From contig CAVQNN010000011.1 in the NCBI GenBank assembly GCA_963714175.1, positions 111,686 to 175,685 on the forward strand: a stretch of 64,000 nt of DNA, in the 5' to 3' direction. The notes beneath the pieces were generated by a model. The model saw only the letters and a list, made by a program, of their open reading frames with translations. It was not told the DNA's origin and ran no database searches. Made by a program: the position numbers and the translations under genes. The DNA comes from an uncultured Actinomycetes bacterium. GTDB taxonomy: Bacteria; Actinomycetota; Thermoleophilia; RBG-16-64-13. Below, piece by piece: positions 21,300 through 31,908 of this stretch (its first letter is position 1; the number at the start of each line of letters is the position of its first letter).

Positions 21300-24200
21300 A
21301 TGAAGAAGAAGTCAATCCTGCTTATGTTAGTTGTGGGAGTCGTGTTCGCACTGTTCGTGGCTCCCAGCGTGGCTCTGGCGAACACATGGACGGACATCAC
21401 CGACGCCCAGTGGGTCGAGATGTACGGAGTCACGGCAGCTCAAGTGGACACGGTCGCCGATGGGTATGGCGACGGGACTTTCGGCCCCGGCAATCAAGTG
21501 ACCCGCGGCCAGTTCACCAAGATGTCCGTCAACGGTCTGGACGTAGCTGCAGAAGACGCCGGCTTCGCCCACCTTCACAGATGTGCCCACGAGCAACATC
21601 TTCTACTCTTACATCGAGGGAGCGGCGGCGGCCGGGCTCGTCAATGGAACCGGCAGCGGCAAGTTCAGCCCAAATTCGGCGATCAGCCGTCAGAACGTGG
21701 CCGCGATCTTGGGCCGCTGGCTCTCGCAAGCCGAATTGGACGCGCGTGGCTACCTGGTCGGTGCCACCGGGACCCACTACGCGAGCATCGACGCCTGGTT
21801 CGCGGCTGAGGGCACGGCGCAGTTGGCGATCTTCACCGACAGAGTCGTCCGTCAGCGAGAAGATGAAGCCCTGGGTGGCCTACCTCGCGTATCTGGGCAT
21901 ATCCAAGGGCTCCAACGGCCTCTTCAGCCCGGCCTCCAACATCACCCGGGCGCAAGCAGCGGTGCTGATTCTGCGCACGCTTGACGTTGGCAAGAGCTTC
22001 GGGGCAACAGTCCCAACTGTCACCTCCATCAACCCGACCACCGGCGCAGCCGCGGGTGGCACCGTGGTGCTCATCACCGGCACCAACTTCACCTCCGACG
22101 CAACGGTCAAGTTCGGCACGAAGGCCGCCACCAATGTGACCTTCAACAGCGCGACCCAGATCAGCGGCGACTTCGCCCGCCGGCACAGCCAACACGACGG
22201 TGCAGGTCTCGGTCACAACCACGGCCGGCACCAGCGCCAACACGGCGGCGGATGACTTCACCTACGGGAGCGCGGTACCGACTGTCACCGCTCTCGGCAA
22301 GAGCGGCGGGGCCCGCCGCGGGTGGCATGAGGTGACCATCACCGGCACCAACTTCACCTCCGACGCAACGGTCAAGTTCGGCACTGTCGCCGCAACCAGC
22401 GTGACCTACACGAGCGCGACCAAACTCACGGCGGTCGCCCCCGCCGGGACCGAAGGCAGCACGGTAGACGTCCTGGTCACTACCCCGGTTGGCACCAGTA
22501 CCAACACCTCCGCAGACAACTACGCCTACGGCAAGCCCGTTGTCAGCTCGATCAGCCCGGTGACCGGACCCGTCGCGGGTGGTACCTCGGTGACCATCAA
22601 CGGCACCGGCTTCACCGATGACGCAACCGTCATGTTCGGCCCAACGAACGTGACGTCGGCCAATGTAACGGTGGACAGCCCCACGAAGATCACGGCGAAG
22701 TCCCCGGTCGGCACTGCCGGCAAGATGGTGCAGGTCTCGGTCACGAACGATGCGGGCACCAGCGCCGACACCACCAATGACAACTTCACCTACGCGGGGA
22801 CCGGTCCCAGCATCTCCTCCCTCACCCCATCCGCGGGCGACTCCGGCGGCGGCGACGAGGTGGTCATCAAGGGCGTCAACTTCCCCACCGACGACGATGA
22901 CGAGCTGACGATCTACTTCGGCACCAAGTTGGTCGACCCCGACGACATCGAGCTCGACACCGCCACGCAGATGACCGTGGAGAGCGCGCCCGCGCCGGTG
23001 GCGGAGTACACGGTGGTCGACGTTTCCATCGTCACCGAGGACGGCACCAGCGCGAACACTTCCGCTGACGACTACAGCTACGGCGAGCCGGTCATCACAT
23101 CGATCAGTCCCGAACTTCGGCGACCCCGCGGGCGGATACAACATGATCATCACCGGCACGGGATTCACCGCCGATGCGAAGGTCTTCTGGGATGGCGACG
23201 CGTTGGCCAGCTGCGCAAGTTCACGGTCAACGGTCCGACTCAGATCACGGTGGTCGTTCCCGCCGGCGACGACGGCGACTCGATCGATGTGATGGTCGAG
23301 AACGACGAGGACGAAAGCAACGAGGAGGAGTTCGAGTACGACGAGGATCTGCCGTATATCACCTCCATCAGCCCAACCGCGGGCGACTCGGATGGCGGCG
23401 ATACGGTGACATCAACGGCACCAACTTCCCCGCGTCGGATGAGGACGACGTGCACGGTCTACTTCGGCACCGAACGGTAGACGAGGACGACTCACCTCGA
23501 CAACTACCACCAAGATCGTGGTCAAGGCGCCCGCACCCGTCGAGGCCGACGACGACACCACCGAGGTGGTCGACGTCACGGTCGAGACCGACGAGGGCGA
23601 AAGCCCGGACACGCCCGCCGACGACTACAGCTACGGCAGGGCCACGAGTCGAATCCATCGAACCGAACACCGGCGATCCCGCCGGCGGCACCGTGGTGAC
23701 CATCACCGGCACCGGCTTCGTGAAGGGCGTCTCGGTCTACTTCGACTCGACTCTGGTGGACACGAGCAATGTCACGGTGGTCAGCCCCACGAGATCCGAG
23801 TGTCGCCCCCGCGGGTGACTGACGGCGACGACGCTGCGAGTCAAGGTCAAGAACGCCGAGGGCACCAGCGCCGACGGTGACAGCGACGACGACGAGTTCA
23901 CCTACGACGACGACTACGACGCCCCGATCGTACGAGCGGATCACTCCCGACGAGCGGTCGTTGCTGCCGGCGGCACGGAGGTGACCATCAGCGGAAGCAA
24001 CTTCACGATCGGCGCCAGACGTCTACTTCGGATCTACCCAGGCGACTGACGTGGACCTACGTCAGCTCCACTGAGCTGACAGGCCATCGCGCCCGTCGGC
24101 ACCGAGGGCAAGAAGGTGCACGTCAAGGTCAAGGTCGGCGACAATACCAGCGACACGGACTACGACACTGACGCCTTCACCTACGTCGCGGATGCTGACC

Positions 24201-24784
24201 CCATCATCCGATCTCGATCGGCGCAGCCCGGCCTACGGTCCGATCAAGCGGTGGCAATACCGTGGTCATCATCGGCACCGGTTTCAGCAGCAAGCCAACG
24301 GTCAAGTATCGGTGCGGCAGGACGGTGTCGTCCGTCGGAAACGTGAAGTCGATAGCACCACGCAGCTCGAGTGATCGTTCCGGCGCTTGCTCCGCGGACC
24401 GCCGAAGACGGGTAACGTCTCCGTCACCAACACCGAGGACACCGACATTCTCGAAGATGACGCTTACACCTACTTCACCGTCAACGTCGAGTACTCGGAC
24501 GGACAACGGCATGAACCTGGACGGAGTTCACGGTGACACCTTGGAGCAGCGGACACGAGATCGATCTCCGGCTCCAAGTGCTCGACGGAGACGGCGACCC
24601 GATCGACCAGCACGAATCTCTCGGCCTGCAATCCCCTGCTCTACTGGTACAAGTCGTCCACGGACAAGTGACACCAAGGCCGCACAAAGCGCTTACGACC
24701 GACTCCGATGGCTACCTCTACTGGAACGATTTCGGCGGGTTCACGGGCAAAACCTACACGGTGTGGGTAGGGTTTGACCTGTGA
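21300..24784 (+). CDS. giant S-layer/cell-surface protein B: signal peptide, 3 SLH, about 10 IPT/TIG domains and the shared C-terminal domain (at least 10 apparent frameshifts)
   Basis: The N-terminus MKKKSILLMLVVGVVFALFVAPSVALANTWTDITDAQW… is nearly identical to copy C. Domain order is co-linear with copy C, but the reading frame hops among ORFs 21210.., 21583.., 21386.., 22200.., 23174.., 23518.. …24533..24784. Confidence 0.75.
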
Positions 24785-24892
24785 ACGACAGCGATACCGC
24801 TCGACCAGCGCCGACTGTCTACGAAGTAAGTCTCTGTGATCTGGGCAGCAGCTAGCGGCACACCGGTCCCAAGCGACCACATAGCAACGACG

Positions 24893-24924
24893 AAAGAGGC
24901 CCGCTCCGGCGGGCCTCTTTGTTT
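24893..24924 (+). terminator. rho-independent terminator after SLH gene B
   Basis: AAAGAGGCCCGC-TCCG-GCGGGCCTCTTT hairpin followed by GTTT. Confidence 0.75.
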
Positions 24925-25039
24925 GCCGGGTCTCCCGGAGCCCGTTCCACACCCTTCCGCACTCCTTCCGCGCTTGCGCCGCGCGAGCCCTTCCGAGACT
25001 CCCCGCCACGTCGAGCCCCTGGCGTCCTTGTACAGGGCT

Positions 25040-25220
25040 TTCCCTCTTGACGTCGAAGCGTTTCTCGAACGGGGTTCGCCGTCTCTGGCGTTCGCTCGCG
25101 CTCTTGTGCGTAGGACGGCCTGGCCGTGGAGCTACACGGCGGTCGTGCTCGCATGCCCATGAACTGCGGGAATCAATGCTGCTTCAGCGGTAGCGCTGCG
25201 TTGAATAGGAGGATTCAGGC
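25040..25220 (+). promoter_or_regulatory. putative promoter/leader of SLH gene C
   Basis: TTGACG at 25047-25052. The conserved leader tgcgggaatcaatgctgcttcagcggtagcgctgcg and an AGGAGG RBS precede the ATG. Confidence 0.3.
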
Positions 25221-28200
25221 ATGAAGAAGAGATCGATCTTGCTGCTGTTGGTCTTGGGAGTGGTCGCTGTACTGCTCGTAGCGCCCAGTGTGGCCCTGGC
25301 GGACACATGGACCGACATAGCCGATGCCCAATGGCAGTCGCTGTATGGAGTCACCGCGGTTCGGGTCGACTCGGTCGCCGACGGCTACCCCGATCACACC
25401 TTCCGTCCGACCAACCAGGTGACCCGTGCCCAGTTCACCAAGATGGCGGTGAACGGCTTGGGGGTAGCTCAGAAGACGCCGGCTGCGCCCACCTTCTCCG
25501 ACGTGCTGAAAAGCAACATCTTCTACTCCTACATCGAGGGTGCGGCAAGCGCCGGGCTCGTCAACGGAACCGGGGCCAACAAGTTCAGCCCCAACTCGGC
25601 CATCACGCGCCAGAACGTAGCCGCTATCCTGGCGCGCTGGTTGTCGGAGACCGAACGGGATGCGCGTGGCTTCATAGCCGGCGCGACCGGGACGCACTAC
25701 GCCAGTTTCGACGCCTGGTATGCAGGTGAAGGCGCGACGGAGTTGGCGGCATTCACCGATTCCTCGTCCATCAGCAGCAAGATGCGTCCCTATGTGGCCT
25801 ATCTCGCCGCCCGCGGCATCGCCAAGGGCTCCGACGGCCGCTTCAGCCCGGGCTCCAACATCACCCGGGCACAGGCCGCCGTGCTGATTCTGCGCACGCT
25901 GGATGCGGGCTCAGGCTTCGAAACGGCGGTTCCCACCGTCACCTCCGTAAACCCGAACACCGGTCCGGCCTCGGGCGGCACATCGGTGGTCATCACCGGC
26001 ACCAATTTCGCAGCCGATGCCACGGTCAAATTCGGGGGCGCGAGCGCCAGCGGCGTGACCGTCAACAGCGCCACGCAGATCACCGCGACCTCGCCTCCCG
26101 GCACCGCCAACGCGAAGGTACAGGTCTCGGTCACTACCTCGGCCGGCACCAGCGCCAATACGGCAGGGGATGACTTCACTTACGGCAGCCCGTTGCCCAC
26201 CGTCACCGCTCTCAGTCCGTCGGCCGGCGCAGCCGCGGGCGGCGAGCTGGTGACCATCACCGGCGCCAATTTCACCTCGGGTGCGACGGTCAAGTTCGGC
26301 ACCACCGCGGTACCAGCCGCCGATGTGACCTACACGAGCGCCACGGAACTCAAGGCCTATGCTCCCGAGGGCACCCCCAACACCACGGTGCAAGTCTCGG
26401 TCACGACCACGGAAGGCACCAGCGCTGACACCTCAGCAGACAACTACGCCTACGGCAAGCCGGTCGTCAGCTCGATCAGCCCCGCGACCGGACCAGCCGC
26501 GGGCGGCACCACGGTGACGATCAACGGCAGCGGTTTCACCGACGACGTCACGGTCAAGTTCGGCCTCACCACGGTGACCGCGGCCAATCTCACTGTGAAC
26601 AGCCCCACCAAGATCACGGCCAAATCGCCGGCCGGTACCGCCGGCACCAAGGTTCAGGTCTCGGTCACGAACGACGAGGGCACCAGCTCCGACACCATCA
26701 ACGACAACTTCACCTACGCGGGGACCGGCCCCAGTATTTCCTCTCTCACCCCGTCCGCCGGACATGCCGGCGGAGGTGACGAGGTGGTCATCCAAGGCAC
26801 CAACTTCCCCACCGATGAGAACGCCGATCTGGCGGTCTACTTCGGAACGGTGAAGGTCGACTCCAGCGACATCACGCTCGACTCCGCCACGCGGATGACG
26901 ATAGAGGGCGCCCCTGCGCAAGCGGCAGGCATCAAGGTGGTCGACGTCTCCATCGCCACTGACGGAGGCAGCAGCCTCAACACCCCTGCTGACGACTACA
27001 GCTACGGCGCCCCGGTCATCACGGCCATCACCCCGGCGGCCGGCCTGCCCGTGGGCGGGTACAAGATGGTCATCACCGGCACCGGATTCACCGCCGACAC
27101 CAAGGTCTACTGGGACCGTGACGCGCTGGCCGCTGCGAAGTTCACAATCGACAACCCCACCCAGATCACGTTGGTCGTTCCCGCGGGCGACGATGATGAC
27201 TCAGTGGAGGTGACCGTCGAGAACGATGAGGGCGAGAGCAACGTCATGGAGTTCGAGTATGACGAGGATCGGCCCTACATCACCTCTATCAGCCCGAACG
27301 CGGGCAACTACCTGGGCGGTGGTTCGGTGACCGTCAAGGGCATCAACTTCCCCACCGAGAAAGAGGATGTGACGGTCAAGTTCGGGACCAAGGCGGTCCC
27401 AACGACGGACATCACGTCGATCACCGCTACTCAGATCGTGGTGAAGGCGCCTGCGCCCCTGCTGGCCAGTGCCGACATCACGGAGGTGGCGGACATCTCG
27501 GTGCAGAGCGACGACGGTACCAGCCCCAACACGCCCGCCGATGACTACAGCTACGGCCGAGCCAGGGTCAAATCGATCGAGCCGAACGCCGGGCATCCCG
27601 AGGGCGGCGCCGTGGTGACCGTTGTCGGTCAGGGCTTCGTGGACGGCGTGTTGGTCCACTTCGGCACCACCCAGGTGCCCTACGGCAACATCACGGTAGT
27701 CAGCCCCACGCAGATCCGCGTGCTCGCACCTCCGGGTGACGACGGCGACAAGGTGCGGGTCAAGGTCACCAACGCCGACGGCGCGAGTATCGAGACCGAG
27801 AGCGTAGACGACGAATACCTCTACGACAGCGAGTACAACGCTCCTGTGGTCACGAGCATATCTCCGGACACCGGCCTGGCCGCCGGTGGCGCGGAGGTCA
27901 CGATCCTCGGGAAGAACTTCACCATCGGCGCCGAGGTCCGCTTTGGAGAGAGTGAGGCGACCGATGTGGAATATGTCGACTCCACCAAGCTCGTCGCGAC
28001 CTCACCGGCCGGCCCCGAGGGCAAGAAGGTGCACGTGGTGGTCGTAGTCGGAAACATGACCAGCGATGCGGAATTCGACACGGACGGCTTCACCTACGCC
28101 GCGGATGGTGATCCCATCATCACGGGTCTCAACGGCTCAGCGGAAGCCTATGGACCCAAGACCGGGGGCAACACTCTGATCATCACCGGCACCGGCTTCA

Positions 28201-28757
28201 GCAGCGAACCGACCGTCAAGATCGGCACCAGGACGGTGGACAGCGACAATGTGACGCTCAACAGCGCCACGCAGCTTTCCGTCATCGTCCCGGGCGTCGC
28301 CACCGTTGCCACCTACGACGTCAAAGTGACGAACACCCAGGACGACTACACCGTCGAGGACGCATACACGTACTTCACCATGGAGGTCGAGTACTTCTAC
28401 GGGACCAGTATCGGGCAGGCCGGGACGTGGCTACCCCTGGCCAACGAGCACTGGGCGCCAGCGGCGGTGACCAACATCCGGCTAAGGGTGGTCGACCAGG
28501 ATGGCGACGCTCTCGGCAACATAGATCTCTCGCACAGCTTCCCCCTGCTCTACTACTACAAGTCGGACTCTGACAAGGGCACGGTGGACCCGATCCAGGA
28601 TAAGACTGACATCCAGGGCTATCTCCACTGGCCCAGCTTCGGTGGGTCGTTCGCGGGCAAGAGCTACAGCCTGTCCCTCGGATTCGATGTGGACAACAAT
28701 GGCACCCTCACCGATGCCGACTACCGCAGAACCGTCTCGTGGGTCTGGGACATCTAG
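25221..28757 (+). CDS. giant S-layer/cell-surface protein C: signal peptide, 3 SLH, about 10 IPT/TIG domains and C-terminal domain (intact, 1178 aa)
   Basis: Single uninterrupted ORF with a signal peptide. SLH motifs: FSDV…IEGAASAGLVNG, …RQNVAAILARWL, …RAQAAVLILRTL. TIG repeats: PxxTSxSPxxGxxxGGTxVTIxGxxF…VxFG. The C-terminal 120 aa are homologous to the A and B tails. Confidence 0.9.
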   Translation: MKKRSILLLLVLGVVAVLLVAPSVALADTWTDIADAQWQSLYGVTAVRVDSVADGYPDHTFRPTNQVTRAQFTKMAVNGLGVAQKTPAAPTFSDVLKSNIFYSYIEGAASAGLVNGTGANKFSPNSAITRQNVAAILARWLSETERDARGFIAGATGTHYASFDAWYAGEGATELAAFTDSSSISSKMRPYVAYLAARGIAKGSDGRFSPGSNITRAQAAVLILRTLDAGSGFETAVPTVTSVNPNTGPASGGTSVVITGTNFAADATVKFGGASASGVTVNSATQITATSPPGTANAKVQVSVTTSAGTSANTAGDDFTYGSPLPTVTALSPSAGAAAGGELVTITGANFTSGATVKFGTTAVPAADVTYTSATELKAYAPEGTPNTTVQVSVTTTEGTSADTSADNYAYGKPVVSSISPATGPAAGGTTVTINGSGFTDDVTVKFGLTTVTAANLTVNSPTKITAKSPAGTAGTKVQVSVTNDEGTSSDTINDNFTYAGTGPSISSLTPSAGHAGGGDEVVIQGTNFPTDENADLAVYFGTVKVDSSDITLDSATRMTIEGAPAQAAGIKVVDVSIATDGGSSLNTPADDYSYGAPVITAITPAAGLPVGGYKMVITGTGFTADTKVYWDRDALAAAKFTIDNPTQITLVVPAGDDDDSVEVTVENDEGESNVMEFEYDEDRPYITSISPNAGNYLGGGSVTVKGINFPTEKEDVTVKFGTKAVPTTDITSITATQIVVKAPAPLLASADITEVADISVQSDDGTSPNTPADDYSYGRARVKSIEPNAGHPEGGAVVTVVGQGFVDGVLVHFGTTQVPYGNITVVSPTQIRVLAPPGDDGDKVRVKVTNADGASIETESVDDEYLYDSEYNAPVVTSISPDTGLAAGGAEVTILGKNFTIGAEVRFGESEATDVEYVDSTKLVATSPAGPEGKKVHVVVVVGNMTSDAEFDTDGFTYAADGDPIITGLNGSAEAYGPKTGGNTLIITGTGFSSEPTVKIGTRTVDSDNVTLNSATQLSVIVPGVATVATYDVKVTNTQDDYTVEDAYTYFTMEVEYFYGTSIGQAGTWLPLANEHWAPAAVTNIRLRVVDQDGDALGNIDLSHSFPLLYYYKSDSDKGTVDPIQDKTDIQGYLHWPSFGGSFAGKSYSLSLGFDVDNNGTLTDADYRRTVSWVWDI

Positions 28758-28789
28758 CAGCGTTCCGGTCTCCGACGACCAGATAGCAG

Positions 28790-28827
28790 AAACCAGAGAG
28801 GCCCGCTTCGGCGGGCCTCTCTGGTTT
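28790..28827. terminator. strong bidirectional hairpin terminator between convergent SLH gene C and the minus-strand cluster
   Basis: Perfect palindrome AAACCAGAGAGGCCCGC-TTCG-GCGGGCCTCTCTGGTTT, followed by T-rich sequence on both strands. Confidence 0.8.
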
Positions 28828-28882
28828 CGTCAGACTCTTGGGGCTGAGGGCTGCTGAAGAAGGAAGTCCCCCAAGGGGTGGT

Positions 28883-29284
28883 TCAGGTATCCGCCGCGTC
28901 GTCCGCTGCGTCGTCCGGGGCGCTATCCGGGGTTTCATCCGGCGCAGGGTCGACCCAACCGGCGAAGTGCCGCTGGAAGACCGCCTCCAGAGTCTCGGCC
29001 ACCTCGGTCGCTACAGCCCGGTAGCGTCCCAGGAGATCTCTGGCCTCCGGGGTCAGGTGCGATCCTCCACCCAGGCTGCCGCCGACGCTCCGGTCGAGTA
29101 GGGCGAAACCCAGACGCTCCTCAGCCGCGTGCAGGATGCGCCACGCCTTGTTGTACGACATACCCAGTTCCTGAGCAGCCTTGCGCAACGACCCCGACTG
29201 CTCCACGCCCTCCAGGAGCCGCGCAGGGCCGTCTCCGAAAGCTCTGCCCCGGTATTCAAGCCATAGTTTGTAGCTCAGTCGCAC
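28883..29284 (-). CDS. ModE-N-terminal-type winged-helix regulator (molybdate/tungstate-responsive-like HTH, no TOBE domain)
   Basis: 133 aa. LLEGVEQSGSLRKAAQELGMSYNKAWRILHAAEERLGFALLDRSVGGSLGGGSHLT resembles the ModE N-domain, including the GGxxGGG(S) loop. Confidence 0.75.
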   Translation of the reverse strand: MRLSYKLWLEYRGRAFGDGPARLLEGVEQSGSLRKAAQELGMSYNKAWRILHAAEERLGFALLDRSVGGSLGGGSHLTPEARDLLGRYRAVATEVAETLEAVFQRHFAGWVDPAPDETPDSAPDDAADDAADT

Positions 29285-29293
29285 TGTGGTGTC

Positions 29294-29974
29294 CTAACTC
29301 TGCGTCGTGCCGCTGTCCGGCGGGGCAGCTTGCGGCGGCACTGCGCCGGTCACTGCATCGGCCGGAGCCGGACTCGGCTGGGCACCCACTGTCGGCGCGC
29401 CGGCAGGCGTTGGCATGTACGGTGGCGGACTGATGGGCGGGCTAGGTGGCGGACTCATGGCGGCTGCAGCCGCAGTCGAGGCCGGGGACAGGTAGGTCTC
29501 GGTGCCGCAGTAAGGGCAGCGGACCAAGCCTTTCCCGGCCAGCTCCACCTGACCGCCGCAGTTGGGGCAGCTACCCTCCTTGATCTGAGCGGCCTCAGCC
29601 GATACCAATTCGCCCTTCTCCCAGTTCACATACCCTCTGAAGAGGTCCTTGCCGATGAGGTCATAGACGTAGGCCTTGACCTGCTCGCGGGTCAGGTTGC
29701 ATTCGATGGCCAGATCGGCGACCCCCACCCGTCCCCGGGTCATCACCGCGTTGAGGATGGTCCGCTCCTTGTCCGCCTCGCTCTCGGCCTTGATCTCTCC
29801 CTTCGAGGCCAACAACAGGTAGAGCCCCACGGCCACGAACGGCAGCGAGAACAACACCAGACCCAGGACATATCCTGCCTTGCTCCCAGTCGCCTCGGTC
29901 AGGCCGACCACCAGCCAGGCGGCGACTCCCAGACCGACGATGATCAGCACGATCCCGAGAATCCTGGTCCGCAT
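29294..29974 (-). CDS. membrane protein with cytoplasmic wHTH-like segment and zinc ribbon; Pro-rich C-terminus
   Basis: 226 aa with two N-terminal TM helices and CPNCGG…CPYCG. Confidence 0.75.
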   Translation of the reverse strand: MRTRILGIVLIIVGLGVAAWLVVGLTEATGSKAGYVLGLVLFSLPFVAVGLYLLLASKGEIKAESEADKERTILNAVMTRGRVGVADLAIECNLTREQVKAYVYDLIGKDLFRGYVNWEKGELVSAEAAQIKEGSCPNCGGQVELAGKGLVRCPYCGTETYLSPASTAAAAAMSPPPSPPISPPPYMPTPAGAPTVGAQPSPAPADAVTGAVPPQAAPPDSGTTQS

Positions 29975-30056
29975 CGTTTCCTCCTGGTTGCTCTGCTATC
30001 GCTACAGCCGACGCCCGGCCCGCGGGGCCGGGCGCCGGTATGGATTCGCTCTCCAC

Positions 30057-31908
30057 CTATCCTGCGCGGAAGCCGCCTCCGCCGCCTCCGCCGGAGAAGC
30101 CTCCCCCGAAACCGCCGCCGCCACCGGAAAATCCGCCGCCACCGAAGGCACCGCGCTTGCCGCCGCCGCTGGACGACGGGACCGAGGTCAGGGCGCTGGA
30201 CATGTTGCTCAGGCTGCTGAACAGACCGTCGGATATGCTCTCGAGGCTGAAGCCTCCTCCAGACGATCCACCGGCATTGGTGAGACCGCCGCCCAGACCT
30301 CCTCCAAGACCGCCCGTGGCGACCGGTCCGGAGCCTCCCGGGAAGGGAATGATCACCGGCGGATGATACCAATCGGGAGAAGAAACGGTCAGGCTTTCGA
30401 AACGCCTCACCCAATCCTTCTCCACGCCGAAAGCGATGGCATAGGGCAGGTACTTCTCGAAGCTCTCCTTCGCCGTCTCCATCTCCTGGAACCGGGTGAG
30501 ATCCTTGAGGTAGTTGCGGAACGCCTCGCACTTGCGCTGCTCCTGGGCGCCTTTGGGCGTCCGCTGCGGCATGCGAGGCGCAAACACCCATACGATGATC
30601 ACAGACACGATCGAACCGAACATGAACCAACCCCACCCGGAGATGTCGGCCATGGCCATGATGACCGTCAGAAGCCCGAGGATGACCGCGACGACGAAAC
30701 CATAGCCTACCCAGCGCTCCCGGGCCTTCTTGGGATTGCTGAAGAACAGCTTGCGACTCGTCACGTCTTCGTAGACCTGATTGACGATCGGCTCGACGTG
30801 CGTGTAGAAGTGGTTCTTCAGTTCGGCGGTCGTGACCTGGTCGGGGTGCTTCGCGTCGAAGAGGGACTCCGCGACCTTCTTCTCGAAGCCCTGCAGATCG
30901 TCGAGCGCCTTCCGGCGCGTGAAGATGGTCACCGCTTTGCGTGCTGCTCCCTCTTTCGCCGTGTCGGTGATCTCGATGTAGCCACGCCGGGCCAGGTCGA
31001 CGATGGTGGCGATCACCTCTTTGGTGTCGACCTTCTCGTCGATGAGCGCTCCGGCCAGACCCGGAGACAGATCCGCGGGAGGCTCGGCTCGCGTACTTGG
31101 CGTAGACCGCCGCCGGCTCATCGCGCCCACGCCGGCGCCAGATCAAGAGCATGCCGAGGAAGAAGAGAATGGGGAGAAGGAACCCTATCTTGGGTATCAG
31201 GAATTCCGCCAGACGCCGCGCCGTCCACGTGAACTTGACCACGCCCTTGGGGAACCCGGTCACGATCCAGAAGTTGGTGTACGGAGGGATGTCTGAGGCC
31301 TGATACACCATGGTGGAGGCGGCCGGCGAGGTGACGTTCGTCTCCACGCCATATCCGGCCTGGACGGCCTGAGTCATGTCTCTCCGAGGGAACCGATCCC
31401 GGCAGCTTGACGGTGGCCTTGACCGCCCCGATGGGCACCGGGGTGTCGGCGTCGAACACGTACCACCTCAGCTCGTCGCCCTCGTCGCAGAACATGACCA
31501 CGTTCTTGGCCCGATAGTGGATGGTCCAGGTCGACGAGGTGTCGGTGAGGTCGAAGTTCATCTGGATGTAGAGAGTGTCGCCCTCTTTGAAGGTGCTGTA
31601 CGTCCCCGGCGAATCACCCTTGGGTAAGGGGGTACCGTTGGCGTCGCGGACTTCGATGTCGGTGATGCCGCCCGTGTTTTCGGTCGGTATGTCGCGGGCG
31701 ACGAAGTGATAGTTGCCCTCGAAGGTGAAGGTGACCATCTCGTCGACGATCACGTCGCCGTTCTCCTGGACGTCGAGTAGCACGTCCATGTTGTCGATGC
31801 GCCAATCCTTGGCCGCGGCCGAGGCCGTCGGACCGGCGACGCAGCGCCAACAGGGCGCAGGCAAGCGGCCAGGAGCGCGAAGCCCCAGAGGTGACGCCGA
31901 TGGCTCAT
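30057..31908 (-). CDS. DUF2207-family membrane protein with Gly-rich C-terminal tail (at least 3 apparent frameshifts)
   Basis: ATG at 31908 gives a signal-like MSHRRHLWGFALLAAC. The extracellular DUF2207 N-domain lies in frame 31118..32884, the TM plus cytoplasmic part in 29944..31377 and 30057..31130 (LSPGLAGALIDEKVD…DLARRGYIEI), and the tail is (GGGF)n. Confidence 0.7.

Noticed and set aside
30040-30366. Pro-rich 108-aa ORF and apparent simple-sequence repeat
   Set aside because: It is the antisense of the (GGGF)n Gly-rich tail of the DUF2207 gene. It is not an independent repeat element.
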